Numbered from the stretch's first letter, positions 14,115 through 27,930 are shown. The stretch: 64,000 bases of DNA from Octopus bimaculoides (GCF_001194135.2 NC_068997.1:1661747-1725746), one strand, 5' to 3'. The notes: a model not told the origin generated them from the sequence alone. Made by a program: numbers and translations.

Positions 14115-14322
14115 GGTGCAGGTGTGCCTGCGTGGTGAGAATCTTGCTTCCTAACCATGTCGTCTTGGATCCAAATTCTTCTGCTTGGCTCCTTGGTCAA
14201 CGATGTTCTACTTCGGAATGTATAGCCCCGACTGATCAATGCCTTGTGAGTGGGTTTGGTAGGCGGAAACTGAAAGAAGCCCATTGTCAACACACACACA
14301 CACACACACACCCACACACACA

Positions 14323-14411
<89 letters not shown>

Positions 14412-14527
14412 GCACGTATATTTGTGTGTATCTCCCGATATGACTTGATAGCTATTTGTTTATTTACGCACCGTAACCTAGCGGTTCGGCTAGAAGACAC
14501 TAGTAGAGCAAGTACTAGGGTACTAGG
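14115..14527 (+). mobile_element. SINE family A with an internal (CA)n expansion
   Basis: Head GGTGCAGGTGTGCCTGCGTGGTGAG, then GGAAACTGAAAGAAGCCC, about 120 bp of (CA)n, and a TAACCTAGCGGTTCGGC tail. Confidence 0.8.
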
Positions 14528-14879
14528 ATTAAAAAAAGTATTATACCAAGGTTATAACCCCACCCAACAAACAAAAGCAAAAAAAAAACATTAAGATGTG
14601 GTAAACAGTAAAAAAACACCAGTATATTAGGTTTTGGCTTATACAAAATAGAAGGAAAAGTCTTTTATGTTTCGAACATACGCTCTTCTATAGAAAGTAT
14701 TGACAAGGAGAGAAAAGAGTGGAGAGAGGGAAAAAAGAAACATTAAAAAAAGTAAGGACTGGGGTTGATTTGTTCCATTTAACCATATATAAAGCAGTGC
14801 CCAATATATATGTATATATATTGACAATGTCGGAAATAAGGATTATTCCGAAGTAGAAATATCATTACCTTTAACTCTA

Positions 14880-15380
14880 TAACTATATGCTGTCTTTTAA
14901 GACCAACACATGTTTCAATTGCACCAATTTGTAATCATTGTAATTGCAACCCTACTATAAAACAGTGCAGACTCTTCAGGGTCTTAACTTGATATCACTT
15001 GGTATGGACGTTTAATTATCTTCTTTTATAAACTCTGCGTTGTATAACGTATAGCTCTCCGTTAAATCAGACGCGAACAGTCTCTACTTCAAGCTCTTAT
15101 TAGATAATCATTTACAGACCATCATTTGAAAACCTTGTATAGTTTAAATGATAATTATCTATTTATAATTCATTTATAATTGGCAAATGTGAATTTCCTC
15201 ATGTGCAAGCATCTCAATGTTTTCCCCTGTCTAGAATTTATTACATTGTCCTTGGATGTGAAAATCTTGTACAATTCGTCTAAACATCGGTCACATCTAT
15301 TGGCTCCAGGTCTGTATGGTTTTTCAGTAGAAATTAATTCCCATTTAATCGTAAAGTCATTGTTACTGTGCTTGAAATAT
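14880..15380 (-). mobile_element. Penelope-like element 3' end: GIY-YIG endonuclease C-terminus plus terminal-repeat region
   Basis: 15170-15380 translates FKHSNNDFTIKWELISTEKPYRPGANRCDRCLDELYKIF...INSRQGKTLRCLHMRKF*, the C-x2-C...LN...C-x-H tail of PLE GIY-YIG domains. A hammerhead motif lies downstream. Confidence 0.8.
14897..14987 (-). ncRNA. Type-I hammerhead ribozyme motif
   Basis: Minus RNA: UUAAGACC-CUGAAGA-stem II-GAAAC-AUGU-GUU-GGUCUUAA. Stem I is a perfect 8 bp, the core is complete and the base of stem II is imperfect. Confidence 0.7.
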
Positions 15381-15494
15381 GTATGTATGTATGTATGTAT
15401 GTATGCATGTATGTATATATATGTATGTATGCATGTATGTATGTATATATATATATATATATCAATATATATCAATATATATNNNNNNNNNNNN

Positions 15495-15533
<39 letters not shown>

Positions 15534-16159
15534 GTACATAAATATGAATATGATTTGTATACATCATAGTGATGTATTAAATGTAAGACTCCAATTGTAC
15601 ATGATACGCATCATGTGCCTTTAAATACGCCATAGTATACATTAGAATCGAAGGCTTAAAAGTAAGTTGAAGCAAAACTCTTCTTCGATTTAACATATCC
15701 ACAGACTTTAAAAATTAGTTGTAAGCGTGCGAGTTATTGTTTAAGAGAAATTTGCACATGACAGTTTTTGGCACGAAACACGAGAATTAACTGAGAAATT
15801 ATTGCCAAAACATTAACAATATTGACAATACGTCATAGCTAGTGCGCAGGATATTGCAACAAGCGCCGCCATTCGTTCATAAAATGTCCACTGGGATTAT
15901 ATGCGAATTATTTGTCCGACATTTACTAATGATGAGAACAGTAAACCGTTAAGCGTGTATAAGTGTGCGCGTACACGTGTCCGTATGCATGTATGTGTGT
16001 ATGTGTGCACATGAGCGTACGTGTGTGCACGAAGCTTCAAAATTGCAGCAAGGACCTGGCACATGGCAGATGTCAGAGAGATTTTACTGGGAATTTGTTT
16101 TGTCACACACATGTCGACTACACTTGAAGCTGTTATGTAGAACCTTGAAGGAAGGGAGG

Positions 16160-16236
<77 letters not shown>

Positions 16237-17177
16237 AGGTTGAAGAGGTAGGAGAGATTGAGCGGGAAAGACAGAGGGAAGAAAGAAAAAGAGACAGACA
16301 GTAAGAGGATTTGAATATTACGTGTGAAAGATATCATGAAGTAATTCAGGCAAATCAAATAATGTAAATCTGTCCTAAAGGAGTAACAAACAGCTTTATA
16401 TTCCAGTACACAAATACAGAGGATACATAGAGATAGAGAGTTTCTTTCTTGTATATTATATTCAAGATTGTGTATATCGCTACGTTTTTAAAGTATGTCA
16501 AGCTTTGTAGCGTATAGAGTATCGTGGAACATAACACGGCCATTTAGTTGAGATTCTTGTTTTAGAATAAGGATGGATTGTAGCATTAATTTAAAAGGTA
16601 TAACCTTGCATTCCAACCAAGCAGAACCCTCCTGCGAAATACATCAAAGGTACGCGTATCTATAGAACACCCAGCGACTTAGCACGCAATATTAAGACGA
16701 TTAGAATATTACCGGCTCATTGAGTTGGTAATTTATTGATAGGGTAATTGAAATTGAATCTCCATCGTTGAAAGTGAGGAAGATCCATTTCAGACCGAAT
16801 ACATTTGCAGACAATATAGAAATATGATAATGGTTAGGAATATAATCGGCCAGAAGGGTATGGAATCATAGAGCGGTGTTTGAGTGTTTTTTTTTATTAT
16901 CAGCAGTTGAGAGATATATCATAATCTGGCTTATAATATGTTAATTTGTTCAAAGAATGACTTGATCCAAGCAGAGATAACCAAACAAAACATTATTCTG
17001 TTCATCGTTCTAGCAAGCGACGTGTAGATTCTACAAGGTAGCACTAGAAGTTAACTCAGCTAGGTAGGCTAGCTTATGAGTTTGGAGCCTTGACCAAGGA
17101 ACGAAGCAATAGAGGTTACAGGTTGTTAAGTGCTAACCTCTTTAGAAAATGTCTTTTAATATATTCTATACTATTTA

Positions 17178-17390
17178 GGCGGCTACCTGGCAGAATTGTT
17201 AATACGCCGGGTAAAATGCTTAGCGGCATTTCGTCCGTCTGCACATCCGAGTTCAAATTCCGTCGAGAACGACTTTGCATTTCATTTTTCAGGGACGATA
17301 AAATAACTACCAGTCGAACGCTGGGGACAATGAAATCGACTAGACCCTTCCTCTGAAGTTGCATAGTGCCAAAATGTGAAATCAGTATAT
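17178..17390 (+). mobile_element. SINE family B
   Basis: GGCGGCTACCTGGCAGAATTGTTAATACGCCGGGTAAAATGCTTAGCGG head and full body. Confidence 0.8.
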
Positions 17391-17412
17391 ACTATGGTTT
17401 CAGTTCTATATA

Positions 17413-18311
17413 TACGAGGCGGCACCGAAAAGTAACCGGAAATGTTTTCTGCGAGCCAGGCCCATTTTAGTTCAGGCGTCCACCGCTAGAAACTACTTGA
17501 TGGGACCCTTAGGCATCAGTCTGCCGATCAACGTTGTCGACTGAGGTCGGACTGTCACATGGTGCGTTTTTCTTTTGCAGTGCTTCATGTTTGCGATGGC
17601 TGAAATGAAGGAACAGCGTGCTTCCGTGATATTCTGTTTTCTGCTGGGGAAATGGCGGTCAAAAGAATGCTCATGCTTCAAACAGCTTACAAGGACGCTG
17701 CCATCAGCAAAGAAAAAAAATTACGAGTGGTTTCCACGCTTTAGGAACCACTTGTTGCTTGAAGACCAACCTCGTTCAGTGTCACCGTCAACCTCCAGAA
17801 CGAAAACATCATAAATGGTTGAATCCACTTTGAACTTTTAAATCCAGACCTAACGATAACAAAGGAGATCTACTGCAAGCAGCTTGAGCGCCTAAGTCAA
17901 CGCTAGAGGAAAGATGACCAACTTTTGTCTCAAGACGAAAGGTGTTCTTCCACATAGAGCGAGAATGACGATCCAAAGGATGGAGCAGTTTGAATGGAAA
18001 ACGATGCCCTACCCACCCCATTCGCCGAACATTGCCCCATCTGATTATCATTTATCCCGCAGTTTTCAAAATCATTTGGACGGAGAAAATATAAATTCTG
18101 TAGACGAGGTTAGAACGGTAGAGGAGGAGTATTTTTCGTCACGGACAAGTGAATTTTGGAAGAGGGACCTTGCAAGTCTAGCAGATAGATGGAAGAGCAT
18201 TGTAGAAAATTAAGGAGAGAATATTTTAGATTTAAATAGAACTTTCTTTATCTTAATTTTGAAAAATAAAAGAAGTATAAAAAACCGCATTATTTATGGG
18301 ACGACCCAATA
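17413..18311 (+). mobile_element. Defective mariner (Tc1/mariner) element, probably chimeric
   Basis: TA at both ends. N-terminal HTH reads MAEMKEQRASVIFCFLLGK...YEWFPRFRN...LEDQPRS. C-terminal part reads YPPHSPNIAPSDYHL...LADRWKSIVEN. The middle is missing and the two ends are not inverted repeats of each other. Confidence 0.9.
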
Positions 18312-19189
18312 CTGTACCAAATTCTGCTGTTAATTTCGAAATGCAATTGGTCAACACTGGCCTAAACATAACTCAGTTAATCTTAGTGTAAGTTTTTAAC
18401 TCAAATGTTTTATTTATATAACCATCTATATTCTTTGTGTGTTATATTGCGTAATTTTTGAAAATAAGATTTAATGTGTTTGGTAAGATATAGGAAAAAA
18501 GAAACTGTGAGAGATGAAATTTTACCACAGTGGAAGATTTTATCTTAATTCTTTCTGTGACGTTTTCTTTTCCAACAGTTTTCCAATTTTCGTTATTTTT
18601 CACATTGTAATAGCAACAAAAAGAAAGAGTCTAAATTCTTAAGCAAAGATGCATTATGTTGTTAAATCAATTTCTTGAATTAGATAGTGATATTCTCGCC
18701 ACAAATTAACCGGATGCTCTCACACAACACATACACTCTCTGCGTCTCTCAGACATTATATTAATAGAGTTGGATTCAAAGAGTAAAGCAGTACTCACAA
18801 TAAGCACGCCAATAAGAAATCGGTTATCACTTCACATAGTAATTAAAATACAATGAAATTTAACTTGTCCATGCAGTAAAAAAATCAGAATCAAGATATA
18901 CAAGCAGTATTTCCATGCGGAGTAAATAATTCACCTCTCATATCTTCTGATTTTATGATTATATACATATACATACATGCTCTCTTTCTCTCTCTCTCTC
19001 TCTCTTTCTTTCTGACGCACACAAGTACACACATACAAAGCTTGCAGGCATGTGTGTGTCCCTATGTATATCTATGAAAAATTGTAATGGGATATCTTAA
19101 CATACTTTTCATGGATAATCAAGAGAATAACTAGGATACAGTAACAAGGACAGCTCACCTGATGGATTAATTCACACGTTCTTTCGACG

Positions 19190-19300
19190 CGTTTTTATTT
19201 CCAAGGCCTGGGATGACCCAAATCTATGATAAAATACACTTGCCATGCTGTGGAATCGAAATTGAGACCTCCGCATTAGTAATCGAACATCTTCACAACG
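19190..19300 (-). mobile_element. SINE family A 5' fragment, decayed
   Basis: Similarity to the reverse complement of the A head (TACACTTGCC...TGTGGAATCGAA). Confidence 0.45.
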
Positions 19301-19402
19301 TCACTTGGTCAGCCAGATGAAGTATATAACAGACCTCCTGATGTACTGAATACTTAATTTGTGCTTCTAAGCACTGTTATCACACACACACGTGCGCGCG
19401 CA

Positions 19403-19439
<37 letters not shown>

Positions 19440-19449
19440 NNNNNNNNNN

Positions 19450-19483
<34 letters not shown>

Positions 19484-19883
19484 ACACCCACACACACACG
19501 CACGCACACACGCACACACACAATCACACACACACACACAAAGGTATGCAGATACACAAGTCATAGTTTGATGAATTTTGCGTCATTTATTTTTTGTTAA
19601 TTCATAATATAAATTCATTAACCTACCTGTAATTCACCTTAAGCTCTTGGAATCCATATCCGTTATAGACAAATTAATATAGATCAATAGATATGTCGAG
19701 ACGTCGTTTGACACCGGCTTGCTTCGAATCGACCAGAAAATTGGAATGCTTTCCCTACAACGACACAAACAGATGCCATAGTAGCAATGACATTTTGCTA
19801 TAAATACACGTATATAAAAATTGTTTTGGCATACAGACGATGTAGTTAGAATGTATTTCTAGATACATCTATCCATGTATGCC

Positions 19884-19917
<34 letters not shown>

Positions 19918-20272
19918 ATTGTGTGTGTGTGTATGTGTGTGTGTGTGCTTGTAGATCCACGTACATACACACATTTACATACATAAATTTATATTAATTT
20001 GATGCATCAGTAATGGAGGAAACTTCTTTATAAGTTTTCATGTTTTTTTAGAACATCCTCGTATAATATATTTGAGCATAACAAAATAAAAAATACAATA
20101 TATTTTATATCGCATTCGTTCGTGAGTGTGGTGTGCGTGTGTAAATAAAGATACATATGTTCGTAGATACTAACACACACATACTCATATGCATAAACTA
20201 ATACGCGCACATATATACATAAATATATACTCCTAGAAATATACACGCATACATTCACACACATACATATAT

Positions 20273-20312
<40 letters not shown>

Positions 20313-20497
20313 TTATACACACACACGCACATACAAATATACACTCAAATTTAAACATTGCGTACAATTTAATTTGCTTTGGTGAAATATATTAAACTAG
20401 AATATTGTGAAAACGTCGAAATATAGTCTCCTACTGATTTATCAAATTTATATAAATTCACATGTCTGTATATAGATATATACATACACTTGCGTAC

Positions 20498-20542
<45 letters not shown>

Positions 20543-21168
20543 TATACATAAAATTATAAATATTAGATATGTATCTGTTGCTTGTAGCTGCCTATATATT
20601 AAAACCACCCCTAGAACCCATTCATGCCGGTTAATATATAGAATATAAGGTAATGATTGATAACAAAGTACTAACATGTCTATAATTTCCGCTGAGTGTA
20701 GTAGTGCTTTGGAACCATGAGTTATTGATATCAATAAGACTTTTAGTAAGATGGCAAGCATGAATTGGAGTAGCTGTACAAGATGGGAAATAACATGTAT
20801 GAAAGTAGCATTGCTGGCCACTTGGGAATAGATTGTTGATATACAGACCGAATAAAGAAAAGAAGCGACATTTTGAAAGTGTTGAAGTGATATAATTCAA
20901 CTGTTTTGTATGATGTAGAAAATGAATATCTTTCGGCTGATGATAACGAAGAAATAGATATGCAAAGAAAAGACGAAAAGGATTCGTAGGATGGTATCAG
21001 TTTACCCAGATGACTAGGAAAGTTTATTTAGTGGTGAAAATGATCTCGCTGAATTTTAACGAAACGTTATATTTGAAATATATTTAGCTTTACCAAGCAG
21101 ATGTAAATATATTTTTCCAGGGCTCGTGGCATAAAACTTATAAATTCATTATCATTCACCCTACTTTC

Positions 21169-21203
<35 letters not shown>

Positions 21204-21244
21204 CGCACACGCACGCACACACACACATACACGCGCACACACAC

Positions 21245-21284
<40 letters not shown>

Positions 21285-24061
21285 CTGAGTGAACAAATTA
21301 AAGAAGTGGTAGAAACCTAAGCATTCCTAAAAAAGGTTCATTCTATGAGCTTACGAAACTTTTTGTCATATAGAGCTTAGTCGAACTGTTTATATATATA
21401 TAACCTATATTAGATTTACTAGAAATCCGAAACTCAACTGATTTAGTATACAATACAGATCTGTCGTAAGTGTGACTGATGCAGATATTATAGATGAGAA
21501 TAAAACATCGTTATAATTGTCACAACACCCATATTGACTCACTATTATGTTTGTTTATAGGAGAAATACCGCTACCATACGTTTACAGGTGAATTATGTT
21601 ATTACTGCAGCTCATTTTTTAATCTTTAATCTTGTAAAAGATCATCAGTAAAATACCCTGTTTATACGGTACTTAAAATTGTATGTTTAAGTTCACCGTC
21701 TCAAAAGTAATCTGCGTGTAACTAGAGTAGTCCTTAAATTTAACCTCAATGTCTGGTCTAAAAGCATCAACATTTAATCGAGTATATAATACTTACACAA
21801 ATTCTATAAATGTGTATATATATATATATNNNNNNNNNNNNNNNNNNNNNNNNNNNNNNNNNNNNNNNNNNNNNNNNNNNNNNNNNNNNNNNNNNNNNNN
21901 NNNNNNNNNNNNNNNNNNNNNNNNNNNNNNNNNNNNNNNNNNNNNNNNNNNNNNNNNNNNNNNNNNNNNNNNNNNNNNNNNNNNNNNNNNNNNNNNNNNN
22001 NNNNNNNNNNNNNNNNNNNNNNNNNNNNNNNNNNNNNNNNNNNNNNNATATATATCAGCATGAATATATGGTATTACATAGAGTGTACGCAGAACACGGT
22101 GATATCTGTATGAATGTATGAAGTATGAATAGACATGTTATCGAATCTATAGCATTAATAATAAGTTATATTCAACAGGACAATGTGAGACAAGAAATGT
22201 AAATATTCTCCTATTTCTAAAGGTTCTACCTATGTCTTCATATACATCCAGCAATCAGAAAAAAATATGTGTCCAGGAACATTATTATATCTTTTAAAAA
22301 ATATATTTACCTTCAGCTATTTTTATTTTAGATTGAATATAAAATATTTTATTAATTTATATTGATCTATTCTATTAATCTTTGAGGTGTTTGATATAAT
22401 CAAATTGTCGCGAGTTTTGCGTGAGATAGACTTGAAAAAGAGTGGGACAGAGAGAGAAAAAGGGAGGGAGAGAGAGAGAGAGAGAGTTGGAGAAAGAGCA
22501 AGTATTTAAGCAGATGAATATGATACTTTGATCAGTTATCAAACTGTAAATTAATGTTAAATTAAAGTATAATATTTAATTATTAAAATGGATATGAGAA
22601 AATGAGTGTGCCTATTGCTTACAAATAGAAGGTGTGTTTGTATCCGTTATCGTTGTCATTTTAACATTTAATTTAATGATGAAATGGTTAGTATTTTAGT
22701 TCTCCAGGGCTGCACAGATAACACAGCTAAGTTCACAGTAAAGGTTTACTAAAACTTCGACATACACGGATCGGCAACGTTATTTTCAATGATTTGGTCA
22801 AGAGAGGGTGGTCAGTTTTCGTGGGTCTTTTCGGGGTCTCCGTATCACGGAGGATCCTTCACAAAACTAGATGGCTACGTTTCTATGTTACAAGCGTTAT
22901 TAATCACAATATCAATCCTCGTATATAGGCTGGCTTTAGTTACAACATATGACCGCAATGGCTTCCTTAGAAGTCGCTTAGAGAAATAAGCCCTATCACT
23001 TTCTAACAAAAGTTCGAATTGAATACTCTAGCTTCACTTTTTGTTCATTTATCACCTAAATTGTTCGACCCGGTGTGTGTATACGCAGACAAACAGACAG
23101 ACAGACACCACACACACACACACACACACACATACACATACACACACATAAATATGGAGAGAGCGATTACCTCTTACATAGTTATCGAATTTGATTTGTC
23201 TAGTAACTTTTATGTAACAAATCTAGCTTCATTGAATTACGCTGCTAGCGAGAATTAGTTTAGACATTTTTTCATCTCGAAAATCTGATGCAGTAGTTAG
23301 ATGTGAAATATTTGCAGACAAACTGTACTTTTAAACCTTTTGGCGATGACTGACACGTTTTCTAGAATAAATAGNNNNNNNNNNNNNNNNNNNNNNNNNN
23401 NNNNNNNNNNNNNNNNNNNNNNNNNNNNNNNNNNNNNNNNNNNNNNNNNNNNNNNNNNNNTATATATATATATATATATATGAATGTGTGTGTGTGTGTG
23501 TGTACGCATATGTGTGTGCGTGTGCCCGTGCGTGATTTTCTTTTGATTACGATAGACTTTCGCCTTAAGACGCCTTAAGTTTTGGTCTTTGGCACTACTT
23601 TTCTTTAGTGAATTCTTGTATAGTGTATAGTTTATAGAATCGTCATCTGCCATTCATCTGAAGGATTGCAAAAAATGTTGGTTTCAGCCAGATTTGAAGT
23701 CAAACACTATGCTGTTATACACTGAGTCCAACACTGGTTTTGTAATTTCGTTAGTTCTCTCCTATTGGAACACCTCAATCGCTCAGGACTGGCGATGTAT
23801 ATTCACCCAGAAAAATCCTGTCGAAGTTGCACACTTGAGCAATTTTTATTACTGAAGACAGGCAGCTACCGATATCAGTAACTGCCTGTCTCTCCACACC
23901 ATTGATATGTTCCAAAGGAAAGTCAAAGGGCCATGCAGCGTACCACCACTGCAGATGCAAAGGAACTCAGATCATAAATCGCAACATTAGCAATTCTGCT
24001 AATCAACACCTGAGCGCATTCTATATTTTATCGAACATGGTTAATACTTTAATGGCTCTGA

Positions 24062-24256
24062 AGGCGGTGAACCATCAGAATCGTTAGTACGCCGGGTAAA
24101 ATGCCTAGCGGTATTTCTCAGTTCAAATTTCACCGGGTTCGACTTGGCATTTCCTCCTTTCGGGGTCGATAAAATAAGTATCATTTGAGCTCTGGGGTCG
24201 ATGTGATCGACCTAACCTCCTCACGAATCTGCTGGCTATGTGCCAAAATTTGAAGC
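24062..24256 (+). mobile_element. SINE family B
   Basis: AGGCGGTGAACCATCAGAATCGTTAGTACGCCGGGTAAAATGCC...CCTTTCGGGGTCGATAAAATAAGTA. Confidence 0.8.
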
Positions 24257-25147
24257 TTATGTTTTATTGGCTCTGGACGAAAGAAAGATACAGATAATTC
24301 TGAGAATCCTAGAATAATCTCAAGTTTAGAAAATGGCCAATAACATGTACAGCTGAATAAGAGTTCAAAAGTGACAAAGTTTAGTTTAAAGTTAGTCGCG
24401 AAATTCATGCTGCCTGCAAACTGTAATTATCAGCCTTACTAGAATTACCTTGTAGGCTGATCAGAAATGGAATAAATCAGCGAAAGAAACAATAACTTAG
24501 TAGAATCGTTTATAACAACGGATGACAATGAGAACGCTACTTTAGTTGATATTTGTAAATAATGGGCAGAACAAATAAGTGTTTACTTGTAAGGAAAGCT
24601 GTACATGTAATTACGGTAGAATGATTAGACTATTAGGAAGATATTTAGATGGTTGGAATACGAAGTCATGTAATAAAAGCTCAAAAAAATTAAGCAGCTT
24701 CCTCATAGTACTCGGAAAAATTACAGAAGTACCATAAAACATCACTTAAAGACGAAAATGAGGAAACTTGAAAACAAGAAGCAATACAGTCAAAAAATGG
24801 ACATTTAGTAAATCTTTAAACCTGATAGCAACAACCTTTCAAGAAAGTGGTTGGAATCAATTAGTAAAACCAGAGAAAAAGACATGAAACGAAGATAAAA
24901 CACGTTTAGAAATGGTGAATTGGCAGAATGTAAACACAGACAAATTGAATGTAGTCAAGAACGTAGTGATCAAATAACAACAGAATTACATTGGAAGTAA
25001 TAGTATTAGAAAGCCTAATTGATCAAGTCTACAAAGAGCTTAAGGTACCTGTGGCTTAGGGTTCATATAGAGGCTGATGATGTTGAAGAGAGAGAGAGAG
25101 AAAGAGAGAGAGAGGGGAGAGAAACGGAGAGAGAGGGGAGAGAAACG

Positions 25148-25228
<81 letters not shown>

Positions 25229-25344
25229 GAGAGACAAAGGAATTAAAAATCTTCAGTAGTGATGGAACATAAGAATCAAACGTCAGGCAAAGATACTGCT
25301 TGATCGGATAGATTTACTACATAATAACAACAGTTATATATATG

Positions 25345-25384
<40 letters not shown>

Positions 25385-26959
25385 TATGTATGTGTATATG
25401 CTTTTTTATACGGGCAAGTATAAGCCATACACAAATACGATTACACATACAAAAGCATTGAGAGTTTTTCAATTAAAGTGTAAATGCTTTTATGTAATAA
25501 ACCAGCAGAAAACCATTCATGTTTGCACCCATATATGCATATATAACATATAGACATGCTTGCATATACAAACACATAAAGACATATACGCATAGTAGTA
25601 TTGACAAGTACACACACATATATATCCATACATACATGCATATATACATATATACATACTTACACACACACATATTTGCCCTTAATCCCCTGAAGAGAAT
25701 GTTGTGGCTTGCGATAAAAATCAGTGGAAGTTGATACTTTATTTCACTTATATATATACTTAAAATATTGTCTTAGTATTGCAACCGCTTGCATAATTTG
25801 CAGTTTTATATAGAGCAGTCATCGACTATTCGAAACAGTTATAATGATATGAACTGATTACACTATTATTAATATAAGTGCATTCGTAATACCTGTTAGG
25901 TTTTCTACCCGCTCGGTTTTAACCGTTCTTCTAGCTGATATTTCTACTTCCAGACTGTATCACCGTAATGAAGAAGTTGGAGTTCTTCTTGTGGATTTTC
26001 GACCTCTAGACTGCATCAATTGATGAAAAATTTAGAGTTTAGGATTCATTCAGATATCTTTCAGTTCTGCTTGGTAAATATGTATATCATACTTAAACTT
26101 GCACCCATTGGTTTTATTTAACAAAACATTAAAACTTTCATAAAAAGTTACGAAGCCTCTATATGTTTGCTTGACATGCAAGAAATGGCAATAGCAGCTA
26201 ATTCTCCCTCTTATCAACACCTGTCATTATAAGAAAAACATGCTAGATAATGTGTTTCTGGATTATGCAAATTAAAAAAAAGTCTAGGACGGTCACATTT
26301 GCTACATGTTAGTTTTCCTGGGACTAAATAGCATCACTATCACTCTGTACTAGAGAAATTCGAACTGCCCACTGATTGGTAAATAATAATGTCTCTTGCA
26401 ATAGAACAAAAACATAGATTTGGAGAATTGAATGCAAGAGAATGGTTATCGTATATTTCTAATAAGCATCGAATCAGGCCCAGGTGGATGGAAAACAAAT
26501 CGACAGTTGTATTAGAACACAATCCGTTAAAGGAAAGTAGTACGTAACATTTCACCTTTCATAGTTACTTCACTGTGTCTCTCGGGATCATTAAAGTGAA
26601 TTATTTGCTTTGAATATTTGTCTGGCTGTAGACAACTATGAAATGGTTTTGGAATTATATTTGCCAGACTAAAAGATAGGATTGGTTCACGTCTAGAAAT
26701 ATATAGTTTTTGTTTGTATGCTCTCATACATAATAACGCATACACACACAGACGTACATATACACACGCACATAAACACGCCCACATGCATTTACATGCA
26801 TACGCACACACGTTAGCATTACATTACGAGGCTCATACACACATACACACACACACACTCACACACACAAGTGTACCTGTGTGTGACGTGTGTAGGGCGT
26901 TTATCTGCTCGTGTGCATGTGTGTATGTATGTGTCTCTCAGTCCTATATATAGGTATGT

Positions 26960-27000
<41 letters not shown>

Positions 27001-27785
27001 NNNNNNNNNNNNNNNNNNNNNNNNNNNNNNNNNNNNNNNNNNNNNNNNNNNNNNNNNNNNNNNNNNNNNNNNNNNNNNNNNNNNNNNNNNNNNNNNNNNN
27101 NNNNNNNNNNNNNNNNNNNNNNNNNNNNNNNNNNNNNNNNNNNNNNNNNNNNNNNNNNNNNNNNNNNNNNNNNNNNNNNNNNNNNNNNNNNNNNNNNNNN
27201 NNNNNNNNNNNNNNNNNNNNNNNNNNNNNNNNNNNNNNNNNNNNNNNNNNNNNNNNNNNNNNNNNNNNNNNNNNNNNNNNNNNNNNNNNNNNNNNNNNNN
27301 NNNNNNNNNNNNNNNNNNNNNNNNNNNNNNNNNNNNNNNNNNNNNNNNNNNNNNNNNNNNNTATATATATATATATATGTATATATATATACATATAGAT
27401 GCGCTTGACTATTTAATCCCACATGCTATATGGACAAAATAAAAGTAAAATATATTCCCAGTACAATATGGTGGAATCTGATTTAAAACATGACTGTAAT
27501 TTTTCTTTGAGGATTTCTTTTACCCGATAAGTACCAAAGATACGAACAGATATCACACTGTGTAACACTAAATATAGTAACACTCTCCGTTACTATATCA
27601 TTTTTTTCTCTCTAAGTACATTCATTTCACATTCAACTATAATGTCAATTGATATCTGAATAAAGCTAGCTCGAGGTAAACAAATATTTCAGTGTAACTG
27701 CCTTGTTTGATTAACGTGGCTGTCATAAATCTTGTTATATAACAGATCTTTTTTAAGTTTCAAATGGTTAGCTTGCATGATGAGC

Positions 27786-27833
<48 letters not shown>

Positions 27834-27876
27834 CTAACAATAATAATAAAGACATGCTTACAAATACATCCAAACG

Positions 27877-27930
<54 letters not shown>

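Noticed and set aside
20690-21030. Possible RTE remnant (STVLYDVEN, cf. STLLYGAET)
   Set aside because: A single weak motif; not enough to call.
22890-22935. Minus-strand RIDIVINNA resembling a short-chain dehydrogenase motif
   Set aside because: A stop follows within a few codons, with no splice signals or other SDR motifs.
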